This document shows, in pieces, positions 1 to 9,118 of a stretch of DNA of 64,000 nt. The first letter of the stretch is position 1; each line of letters begins with the position of its first letter. Made by a program: the position numbers and the translations under genes. Source of the DNA: an uncultured delta proteobacterium (lineage in GTDB: Bacteria; Desulfobacterota; Binatia; UBA9968). The notes under the pieces are model-generated. The model was given only the letters and a program-made list of their open reading frames with translations, was not told the DNA's origin and ran no database searches. The stretch covers positions 288,001-352,000 of the forward strand of contig CAVUVW010000021.1 of the NCBI GenBank assembly GCA_963745035.1. Reading direction: 5' to 3'.

Positions 1-2
1 TA

Positions 3-2033
3 GGCGAAGCGATGTTGTTCGGGGCGGGGGCGACGCAAAGGTTGGGGAGGGTCCTGGACGGCACTTCGGTGCTCGATTACGAGCCGGAGGAGATCAAGCA
101 CCATATTTCGATCTCGACAGCGTTTCATTCGCTGTCGTGGAAAAAGTTTCCGATGACGGTGATCGACACGCCGGGCTACGCGGCGTTTCTTGCCGACACG
201 ATGAACAGCATGCGCGCCTTCGGCGGCGCCCTGTTCGTGCTCAATCCATCGGTCGGGCTGCGCGTGGAGTCCGAGCGGCTGTGGGCGCAGGCCAATGACG
301 ATAAGGTCAGCCGAATTATGTTCGTCAACAAGATGGACCACGAGCAGGGGGACGTGGAGCAGCGGATCGCGCCCATGCTAGAAACCCTCGAAGCGAAAGG
401 GGTATACCTACAGATCCCGATCGGAGTGGAAGCCGGATTCAAAGGCGTTGTTGATCTGCTATCGATGAAAGCTTACGTCTACGAAGGCGATTCGGGCAAG
501 TTCAGCGAGGGAGCGATACCTGAGGATTTGCAGGCGCGTGCCGAGGAGTTGCGCCAGAAGCTTGTAGAGGACATCTCCGAAACCGACGATGAGCTTCTGG
601 AAAAATTTCTCGATGGCAAGGAGATCTCGACCGACGAGGTGAAACAGGCGCTGCGCAATGCGATCCGGGGACGAAAGGTTTTTCCGATCCTTTTCGGCTC
701 ATCGACTCGCCAAATCGGCATCGCTCAACTGCTCGATGCCATCGCGGACTATTTGCCGTCTCCGCTCGATGAAGGCGAAGTGGAAGGGAAGCAGCCGGCC
801 AACGGCGAGACGGCCAAGCGCAAGCAGGATCCGAACGCGCCGTTCTCAGCCTATGTATTCAAAACCATCAGCGATCCGTTCGCCGGAAAACTTTCCGTCA
901 TGCGTGTGATTTCAGGCAAGATCACCTCCGATATGACTTGTCTCGACGTGAATAAGCAGGCGAAGGAAAAAATCGGTCACATGTTCCGCCTCGAAGGAAA
1001 AAAGCAGGAAGGCGTGAAGGAAGCCGTGGCGGGCGAGATCGTGGCTGCGGCAAAGTTGAAGGAGGTTACTACCGGCGACACGTTGAGCGACGAAAAGGCG
1101 CCCATCCAATTCGAAGGCCCGGCGCATTTTTCACCGGTGATTTCTTTCGCCCTGGAACCGAAGAGCAAAGCCGATGAGGAGAAAGTGCCCCAGGGTTTGC
1201 ATCGCATGATGGAGGAGGATCCGACCATTGCGCTGCACCGGGACGAGGAAACCCGCGATTTTATTCTCTCCGGCATGGGCCAGCAGCATATCGAGATCAT
1301 CGTCGAGAAGCTCAAGCGCAAATATAGCGCCGAAGTTATTTTGAAGGCGCCCAAGGTGCCCTACAAAGAAACGATTCGCGCCAGCGCCAGCGCCCAGGGA
1401 AAGCTCAAGAAGCAATCGGGCGGGCGCGGCCAGTACGGGGATACCTGGCTTAAAGTGGAACCGCTGCCGCACGGCGCCGGATTCGAGTTCGTCGATAAGA
1501 TCGTCGGCGGCGCGGTGCCGCGCAATTATATCCCTGCGGTGGAAAAAGGCGTGAGAGAGGCGATGGGCAACGGCTATCTCGCCGGTTACCCGATGGTCGA
1601 CGTGCGCGTTACGCTGTACGACGGCTCCTACCACGACGTCGATTCTTCGGATATGGCGTTCAAGATCGCCGCGTCCATGGGCTTCAAGAACGCCGTGGAA
1701 AAAGCCAAGCCCGTGCTGCTCGAACCGATCATGAACATGGAAGTGGCCGTTCCCGACGAATGCATGGGCGACGTTATCGGCGATTTAAACAGCCGTCGCG
1801 GCAAGGTTCTCGGTATGGATACCAAAGGCCACACCCAGGTGATCAAGTCGCGTGTGCCGATGTCGGAAGTCTTGAAGTATGCTCCCGACTTGCGTTCGAT
1901 TACCAGCGGCCGGGGAGAATTCCATATGGAGTTCTCCCATTACGAAGAGCTGCCTGGCCATTTGGCGGAGAAAGTTGTGAAGGAAGCCAAGGCGCGCAAG
2001 GCCGCGGAGCAGGAAGGCGAGCATAAGGCGTAA
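3..2033 (+). CDS. fusA: Elongation factor G paralogue (EF-G2-like), 5' end upstream of window
   Basis: DTPGY, NKMD, KKQSGGRGQYG, GSYHDVDSS, DLNSRRG motifs; frame is open from base 3 (GEAMLF), so the G1 P-loop lies before the window. Confidence 0.9.
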   Translation, partial: GEAMLFGAGATQRLGRVLDGTSVLDYEPEEIKHHISISTAFHSLSWKKFPMTVIDTPGYAAFLADTMNSMRAFGGALFVLNPSVGLRVESERLWAQANDDKVSRIMFVNKMDHEQGDVEQRIAPMLETLEAKGVYLQIPIGVEAGFKGVVDLLSMKAYVYEGDSGKFSEGAIPEDLQARAEELRQKLVEDISETDDELLEKFLDGKEISTDEVKQALRNAIRGRKVFPILFGSSTRQIGIAQLLDAIADYLPSPLDEGEVEGKQPANGETAKRKQDPNAPFSAYVFKTISDPFAGKLSVMRVISGKITSDMTCLDVNKQAKEKIGHMFRLEGKKQEGVKEAVAGEIVAAAKLKEVTTGDTLSDEKAPIQFEGPAHFSPVISFALEPKSKADEEKVPQGLHRMMEEDPTIALHRDEETRDFILSGMGQQHIEIIVEKLKRKYSAEVILKAPKVPYKETIRASASAQGKLKKQSGGRGQYGDTWLKVEPLPHGAGFEFVDKIVGGAVPRNYIPAVEKGVREAMGNGYLAGYPMVDVRVTLYDGSYHDVDSSDMAFKIAASMGFKNAVEKAKPVLLEPIMNMEVAVPDECMGDVIGDLNSRRGKVLGMDTKGHTQVIKSRVPMSEVLKYAPDLRSITSGRGEFHMEFSHYEELPGHLAEKVVKEAKARKAAEQEGEHKA

Positions 2034-2049
2034 TCGGAGCCCGATAGCG

Positions 2050-2268
2050 ATGGAGCAGTCGTTCGATCAGTTCAACGCCGCGTTGCTTTATTGCAACAAG
2101 TGCGGCCAGGCGATGCCGGTGCGCCAGCGCCTGCTGTTGGTGCTGCCCGACGGCGAGCTTTACGATTATACTTGCCAGCGCTGCAACAGTTCGGTGGGAT
2201 CGAAGACCGAGAAGACCGGCGTCGATCCGACGACTCGAAGCGGGCGAACCAGATCAGGAGGATTTTGA
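2050..2268 (+). CDS. Small putative zinc-ribbon protein
   Basis: 72 aa with CNKC...CQRC; GGAG upstream; fills the gap between two genes. Confidence 0.7.
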   Translation: MEQSFDQFNAALLYCNKCGQAMPVRQRLLLVLPDGELYDYTCQRCNSSVGSKTEKTGVDPTTRSGRTRSGGF

Positions 2269-2271
2269 ATC

Positions 2272-3301
2272 ATGGCGGTGATCGATTCGGATGCCCACGT
2301 TTTGGAGACGAATCATACCTGGGATTACATGCTGGAGTCGGAGCGCGACATGCGGCCGCGGGTTGTCCCCACGCCCGACCGACGCGTTTTCCGGCGGCGA
2401 GTCGTGGCTGGTGGACGGCACGTATATCGGCAAGGCGCGCAACGTCGGCCACGACACCTCGCGCGAGTCGCGCGAGATGGAGGACATCAAAGCGCGTCTC
2501 AAGCATATGGACGAGCTCGACGTCGACGTGCAAGTGCTCTATCCGACGATTTTTCTCCGGCCGTTTACGCGCCGGCCGGAGGTCGAGTTGGCGGTCACGC
2601 GGAGCTATAACCGCTGGCTGATCGATATCTGGAAAGCCGCGCCGACGCGCCTGCGCTGGGTCGCGGTGCTGCCGCTCCTGTCGATGGACAAGGCCATCGA
2701 GGAAGCGCGTTACGCCAAGGAAAACGGCGCCTGCGGCATCTTTATGCGCGGTCTGGAAGGGGACAAACATATCAGCGACCCGCATTTTTTTCCGATCTAC
2801 GAGGAAGCCGGCCGGCTCGACTTGCCGATCTGCGTCCATTCCGCGACCGGCAGCTTCGCGGTGCACGACTATTTTCTCAACGAATGCGGCTTTAACAAAT
2901 TCAAGCTCGCGGTCGTCGGGTCATTTCATTCGCTGATCTTCAACAAGATTCCGGAAAAATTTCCCCAGACACGCTGGTCGTTCATCGAGGTCAGCTCGCA
3001 GTGGATCCCCTACGCGATCCACGACTACGCGCGCCGCTTCGAGCGCGGCGGAACCCAGGTCGACAAGACCGAGGTACTGCGTAAAAACAAGATCTGGGTC
3101 ACCTGCCAGACCGACGACGATCTGCCCTATGTGTTGAAGTATGCGGGCGACGACAGGCTGGTCATCGGCACGGACTACGGCCACAACGACACGTCGTCGG
3201 AGATTCTCGCGCTGCGCAAGCTCAGAGAGGACGGCGCCGTGCCGACGCCGGTGGTCAACAAGATCCTCGACGACAACGCGCGTGCTCTGTACGGACTATA
3301 A
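2272..3301 (+). CDS. Amidohydrolase_2 family protein (apparent +1 frameshift near 2375)
   Basis: IDSDAHV N-terminus in ORF 2272 joins ORF 2291 (LPICVH, GTDYGHND). Confidence 0.85.
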
Positions 3302-3327
3302 TTTCGATCTGACCTCTAGGACGTGAC

Positions 3328-4354
3328 ATGGTCATCGATTTTCAAGCGCACGTATTTCCCGAAACGTATCTCGCTGAGATGAAGGGGCGCGACGGCGCGG
3401 TGGTTCTCGAAGAGCCCGATCCGCACAGCGGCATGAGGTACTTTTACGACAAGCAGCTCAAGTGCCGGATCAATACCGCTACTTTGCAGGGCCAGGACAT
3501 CGAGCGCCGCCTCCAGCACATGGACCAATTGGGCGTCGATATCCACGTGCTCACGATTCCCGCGCCTGGCGCCGATCGTTTTGCAGCGCGACGATGCGAT
3601 CGCGATGGCGCGCGTCGCCAACGACGCCATCGCGGCGATCGCGCGCAAGCATCCGCAGCGCTTTGTCGGCTTTTTCACTTTGCCGACCGCCGATATTCAG
3701 GCGTCTCTCGATGAGCTGGAGCGCTCGGTCAATGAGCTCGGGCTGCGCGGCTTCGGCTGCTTCGCCAACTTGAACGGGCAGGCGCTCGATCGCGAGGAGC
3801 TGTTTCCGATCTACGAGCGGCTGGCCCAATACAAGCTGCCGGTCTACATCCATCCGACCGCGCCGCTCGCGACCGAGGCGGTGGGCATCGACATCATGCC
3901 GACATTGATTTTCGGCTGGGCTTTCGACAGCACGGTGGGCATGACCCGCCTGATTTACGGCCGGGTGCTCGAGCGGTTTCCGGAGATCAACTGGGTGGTC
4001 GCCGACGTCGGCGGCGTTCTGGCTTTCTTCGCCCAGCGCGCTATCAACATCTATGCCGGCCGCACCGATGAGATCCGCCATAAGTACGGCCTCAAGGAGA
4101 ATCCGCTGGATTCCTTCCGGCGCTTCTACGTCGACACCGCCGATCATCCGGCTTCGACCCTGCGCTGCGTCAAGGATTTCTTTAGCGCGGACCGGATGGT
4201 CCTGGGCACGAACTATCCCTACGGCCCGGAAGAAGGCTGCGTGCTGGTGAAAAATAGCTTGAAAGCGATCGACGGGCTCGAGTTGACTTCGACCGACAAG
4301 GAAAAAATTCTCGGCGGCAACGCGGCGAGAATCCTTGGAATGGGAGCGCCATGA
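3328..4354 (+). CDS. Amidohydrolase_2 / ACMSD-like protein (apparent +1 frameshift near 3584)
   Basis: IDFQAHV in ORF 3328 joins ORF 3581 (PVYIHP, FYVDT, LGTNYPY). Confidence 0.85.
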
Positions 4355-5956
4355 AATTTACCAAAGCGGCGCGGCCGGTGATCATGAGCCAGCACGGCAT
4401 GGTTTCTTCCGGCCATGCGCTGGCGTCGTTGGCCGGCGTGAAAGTTCTCCAGGAGGGCGGCAATGCCGTCGATGCCGTGCTCGCCGCCGCTTTCGTTTCG
4501 GCGGTGGTAAAGCCGGAGACCAGCGGGCCGGGCGGCGATCTGTTCGCTTTGGTCTCGATGAAAAGAACCGGCAAGGTCGAGGCGCTCAACTCCAGCGGTC
4601 CGGCGCCAGCCAAGGCGAGTATCGAATATTTTCATGGCCGCGGTTTGAAGGCGATCCCGCAATTCGGTCCGCTCAGCATCGCCGTGCCGGGTGCGGTGGA
4701 CGGCTGGTTGGAGCTGCACAAGAAGTACGGCACGAAAGAGCTGGGCCGTCTGACGGCGGATGCCGTCGAGCTTGCGACGCAACGGGTTTCCCATTTCACT
4801 TGAGCTCGCCGACGGCATCAATGAATTCAGCGCGGAGTTTCCCTGGATCGACGGCTTTTACCGCCAGCCCCTGGGCGGCGCCGCGGCCGGGGAAGATTCT
4901 GGTGCAAAAGGGCTTGGCGGAGGTTTTTGACCAGGATTGCGCAGAAAGGGCGCGAAGGATTTTATGCGGGGGACATCGCCGACAAGATCTGCTCGACGAT
5001 CGAGTCCGAGGGCGGAGTTCTATCTCTCCAAGATTTCCAGAGCCCGGTTTGCCAGTGGCTCGAACCGCTGCGCTCGACGTATCGCGACGCCGTAATCTAC
5101 GAACAACCGCCGGTGTCGCAGGGCTTCATGGTGCTCGAAATGCTCAACATCGCGGAGGCGTGGCCGATGCACGAAGGCACGATGAGCCGGGCGGATGCGA
5201 TCCACTACCAAGTGGCGGCGAAGAAGCTCGCCTTCGAGGATCGCATCCGCTATCTCGAAGATCCCGCGTTCGGCGATCCGAAAATCCAGATGCTGATTTC
5301 CAAGGAGTACGCGGCCAAGCGCTGCGAGCTGGCGGGCGAGATCATGAGCCGCCCAGCGCAGGCCGTCGCCAATCAGAGCAGCGATACGACCTACCTGTGC
5401 GCCGCCGACCGCGACGGCAACGCGGTCTCGTTCATTCAGAGCGTGTTCGCGCCGTTCGGTTCGCGGGTGATCGCCGGGGACACGGGCGTGATTATGAACA
5501 ATCGCTTGTGCAGCTTCGGTCTCGACCCGAGCCGGGCCAACTCGCTCAAGCCCGGCAAGCGGCCGGCGCATACGCTCAACACGTATCATGATCTTTCGCG
5601 GCGGTGAGGTGTTCGCCGTGGGCGGCAGTCCGGGCGCCGACGAGCAGCCCCAGACCAATTTTCAGATCATTCACGATCTCATCGATCTGCACATGGACCC
5701 GCAGAGCGCGGTGGAAGCGCCGCGCTGGAGCCACCAGCCGGGCACGCCGCCGCGCGATCAACTGCCGGAAGCGCTGCGCATGGAAGAAGGGTTCGATGCG
5801 GCGACCGTCGACGGTTTGCGCAAGAAGGGCCACAAGGTTTCGCTCGTCGACCGCTGGTCGTTCGGCAGCGCAAAGGTCATCGTGCGCGATCGCGAAAACG
5901 GCTGCTGGCTCGGCGGCGCCGATCCGCGCCGCGTCGCGTACGCGCTCGGCTACTAG
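4351..5956 (+). CDS. ggt: Gamma-glutamyltransferase family protein (several apparent frameshifts near 4780, 4878, 4925, 5588)
   Basis: GGNAVDA, AVPGAVDGW, DTT nucleophile, PGKRPAHTL, GGADPRR motifs spread across consecutive frames. Confidence 0.85.
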
Positions 5957-6054
5957 AACGTTCCGCGCCGGGCCACGCGCTTCGCGTTATTCTCGCGCAC
6001 TGTCGCTTAAATCCGGAAGCTCGTCTCTATGGAATTGAAGCCCGGCGGCAAACG

Positions 6055-7107
6055 ATGAAGTTCAGTCTTTTCACGGAAATTCAGTGCCCCGAAGGATCTG
6101 CGCCGGCGGCTCGCCTCGCAGAGTTCATGGAGCAAGCCGAGCTTGCCGATCGCCTGGGCTTTGCGGCGTATTGGCTCGCCGAGATCCACTGCCAGCCAAA
6201 GTTCTCGCTGCTTTCGGCGCCCTATGTCGTGCTCGGCGCGGTCGCGCAGCGCACCAAGCGGCTGCGCCTCGGCGTGGCGGTGAACACCTTGCCGGTGCAT
6301 CATCCGGTGCAGCTTGCCGAGCAAGCGGCGATGCTCGATCTGGTGAGCAACGGCCGGATGGAGTTCGCGGCGGGCGGCGGACATCCGCACAGCCGCGCCT
6401 ACGAATGCTTCGGCGCCGATCACAAATCGACCCATGAAGTGATGGCCGAATCTCTCGACGTGATTCGCAAGGCGTGGTCAGAACCGAAACTCACTTACAG
6501 CGGCAAGTTTTTCACAATTCCCGAAGTGATCGTGAATCCCAAGCCGGTGCAAAAGCCGCCGCCGCCGTTTTACATGGCGACGAGCTCGCTCGACGGTGTC
6601 GAGGTCGGCGCGCGGCTGGGAGTCAATATGTTTCTGCCGATTCACACGCGCACGCCCGAGCAGGTGGTCGAGTACGCAAACGCCTACTGGGCTGGCCTCA
6701 AGGCGCACGGGCATGATCCGGCGTTGAGAGAGCTGGGCCTGCTGGTTCCGATGCATTTGGCGAAAACGACGGCGGAAGCCAAAGCACGCGCGGAAGCCGG
6801 CGTGATGAGCTACTTCAAAACCATTCTCGATCTACGTCTGGATTATACTGACTGGCTGAACCGCCGCGGAGTCGAGCTGCCCGCGCGCCTGCGCACGGCG
6901 GCGGGCGCCATGGTCGGATTCGATACCGTCTGTGAAAAGCATGCGATCATCGGCGACAGCGCTCTGGCGGCGGCGAAGCTGAAGGAGCTGGCGCAGAATA
7001 CCGGTGCCGCCAACTTGCTCACCTGGTTCAACATCGGGACTGTGCCGCACGCCGCCGTGACAGCGGCGATGGAGCAGTTCGCCGCGGAAGTCATGCCGAA
7101 ACTGTGA
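6055..7107 (+). CDS. LLM (luciferase-like) flavin-dependent oxidoreductase
   Basis: AELADRLGF..WLAEIH, HPVQLAEQAAMLDLVSNGR, PKPVQKP, FAAEVMPKL. Confidence 0.88.
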   Translation: MKFSLFTEIQCPEGSAPAARLAEFMEQAELADRLGFAAYWLAEIHCQPKFSLLSAPYVVLGAVAQRTKRLRLGVAVNTLPVHHPVQLAEQAAMLDLVSNGRMEFAAGGGHPHSRAYECFGADHKSTHEVMAESLDVIRKAWSEPKLTYSGKFFTIPEVIVNPKPVQKPPPPFYMATSSLDGVEVGARLGVNMFLPIHTRTPEQVVEYANAYWAGLKAHGHDPALRELGLLVPMHLAKTTAEAKARAEAGVMSYFKTILDLRLDYTDWLNRRGVELPARLRTAAGAMVGFDTVCEKHAIIGDSALAAAKLKELAQNTGAANLLTWFNIGTVPHAAVTAAMEQFAAEVMPKL

Positions 7108-7116
7108 TCGAATTGC

Positions 7117-7152
7117 GGAGTTGGAGTGATGGAGTATTGGAGTAATGGAGGA
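7117..7152 (+). repeat. Tandem 8-mer array GGAGTRNT ending in the Shine-Dalgarno of phhB
   Basis: ggagtt ggagtgat ggagtatt ggagtaat ggagga. Confidence 0.8.
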
Positions 7153-7160
7153 ATCAAATC

Positions 7161-7508
7161 ATGGAAGAGTTGACGGCACAAAAATGCGAAGCGTGCCGCG
7201 TCGGAGCGCCGCCGGTCACGCCCGAAGAAATCAAAGATTTGCAGCCCAAGATTCCCGAGTGGCGGATCATCGACGAGGACGCGATCCCCAAGCTCGATCG
7301 CCAATTCAAATTCAAGAACTTCAAGGACGCCATTGCCTTCACTGACGCTGTCGGCGTCGCGGCCGAAGAAGAGGGGCACCACCCGCGGCTTACGACGGAG
7401 TGGGGCAAGGTCGCCGTCACGTGGTGGACGCACAAGATCAAGAACCTGCATAAAAATGACTTCATCATGGCGGCGAAAACCGACGCGATCTACAGAAAGT
7501 TCACTTGA
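7161..7508 (+). CDS. phhB: Pterin-4a-carbinolamine dehydratase
   Basis: EEEGHHP...WWTH...LHKNDFIMAAK motif; N-terminal CEAC. Confidence 0.92.
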   Translation: MEELTAQKCEACRVGAPPVTPEEIKDLQPKIPEWRIIDEDAIPKLDRQFKFKNFKDAIAFTDAVGVAAEEEGHHPRLTTEWGKVAVTWWTHKIKNLHKNDFIMAAKTDAIYRKFT

Positions 7509-7513
7509 GCGCG

Positions 7514-7540
7514 GGAGTCACGGAGTAGTGGGGTGATGGG
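7514..7540 (+). repeat. Tandem 8-mer array (GGAGT family)
   Basis: ggagtcac ggagtagt ggggtgat ggg directly before ATG 7541. Confidence 0.65.
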
Positions 7541-8587
7541 ATGACGAAAAGAACCCGCGGCGTGTTGCACCGAAGCCTTGGACTTTTCTGCGCCCTCGCA
7601 GTTTGGGTTGGATCCAGCGCCGTCGCGACGAGCGACGATGGTTATTACAAAGGCAAGACCATCCGCTTGATCGTCGCTTTCTCGGCGGGCGGCGGTTACG
7701 ACACCTATTCACGCACGATCGCGCGCCATCTCGGCAAATATATTCCCGGCAATCCCACCGTGGTCGTGGACAACATGACCGGGGCCGGCGGCATTATTCA
7801 CGCCAACTACATGTTCAAGCAGGCGCGGCCCGACGGGCTAACGATCGGCAACAACTCCGGCGGCTTGTTCTTGCAGCAGGTCATGGGCGCCAAGGGCATC
7901 GAGTTCGACGGCAAAAAATTCGAATACATCGGCGCGCCCGCCGTGGATCACCTCACCTGCGCGATCTCGAAGGCGAGCGGGGTGACTTCGCTGGACAAGT
8001 GGATCGCGAGCAAGGAGGCGGTGCGCTTCGGCGGCGTCGGCCCCGGCGGCTTTGCTTCCGATCTGCCGCGCCTGCTGCAGGCCGCTCTCGGATTGCCTTT
8101 GAAAGTGATCGACGGCTACAAGGGCACTTCCGACATTCGCCTGGCGACTGAAAGCGGCGAGCTGGCCGGCAGTTGTCTATCCTGGGATTCCTACAAAACA
8201 ACTTGGCGCAAAGCGATCGAGTCGGGCGACGTGAATGTCGTCATCCAGGTCATGCCGAAGAAACACCCGGAATTAGCCAACGTTCCGCTGGCGATCGACT
8301 ATGCCAAAACCGACGAGGCGAAACGGTTGATCAAGCACGGCGCCTACGATCTTGCCTATTCTGCGCGGCCGTATTTCCTCGCGCCGGGTACGCCGAAAGC
8401 GCGCGTGCAAATCTTGCGCAGCGCGTTTGCTCAAACCGTCAAAGATCCCGAGCTCCTTGCCGAGGCAAAGAAGGCGAACTTTGCGATCGACTATGTTTCA
8501 GGGGAAGACCTTGAAGGTATCGTCCACGGGCTTTACAAAATCGAACCGGCATTTGCGGCGAAGATGAAACAGATCTTGGTGCCGTAA
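7541..8587 (+). CDS. Bug/TctC tripartite tricarboxylate transporter substrate-binding protein
   Basis: Signal peptide; YYKGKTI..GGGYD..R, NMTGAGG, PDGLTIG, PGTPK. Confidence 0.88.
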   Translation: MTKRTRGVLHRSLGLFCALAVWVGSSAVATSDDGYYKGKTIRLIVAFSAGGGYDTYSRTIARHLGKYIPGNPTVVVDNMTGAGGIIHANYMFKQARPDGLTIGNNSGGLFLQQVMGAKGIEFDGKKFEYIGAPAVDHLTCAISKASGVTSLDKWIASKEAVRFGGVGPGGFASDLPRLLQAALGLPLKVIDGYKGTSDIRLATESGELAGSCLSWDSYKTTWRKAIESGDVNVVIQVMPKKHPELANVPLAIDYAKTDEAKRLIKHGAYDLAYSARPYFLAPGTPKARVQILRSAFAQTVKDPELLAEAKKANFAIDYVSGEDLEGIVHGLYKIEPAFAAKMKQILVP

Positions 8588-8636
8588 ATTCCATCCGCGC
8601 TTGCTGCAATCCGGGTCAGAATCATCCAAGGCGGCT

Positions 8637-9079
8637 TTACAGCGACTTTTTGAAACAGCGGATTGTGCCCGCATCGGTAAATCCAAGGGCGAGGTACGCG
8701 GCTATGCTCGCATGGTTGTCGATCTCGGTGTCGGATGCGAGGTCAGAGCAGCCCTGCGACCTGGCCCAGGATTCCGCGGCGCGGACGAGAGCGGCGCCCA
8801 CGCCCTGCGCCGCTCCGCCGGCTCCACGTAGCAGCCCTCGATGAACGCCACGCGATCGCTGCTGCATCCTTCCGCGTAGGCTCTGATCGAGAGCTCGATG
8901 AAGCCGATCGCTTCGCCGCGCTCGTTGAATGCCAAAAGAACCTCGACGGGCTCGGCTAGATTTCCGGCGAAATAGCGATCGATCTCGCCCGCGTGCTCGC
9001 CAGGTTGCACAGGCCAAAGCATCTCGCGCATGCGCTCCCAAGCGGAGCGCTCGGATTGTCCGACGGCTCGTATCCGCAT
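8637..9079 (-). CDS. GNAT acetyltransferase, aminoglycoside 6'-N-acetyltransferase type I-like (frameshift near 8810)
   Basis: W..MR..LWP, GFIELSIRAYAEGC, FIEG.YV then QGVGAALV..AESWARSQGC..LASDT..N..S...LGF in the next frame. Confidence 0.8.
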
Positions 9080-9118
9080 CGAGACGACACCGCGGTCAGC
9101 AACAAGGTGGCTCGTGAT

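Noticed and set aside
3-60. EF-G naturally lacking the P-loop
   Set aside because: The frame is open to the window edge; the gene is simply truncated by the window
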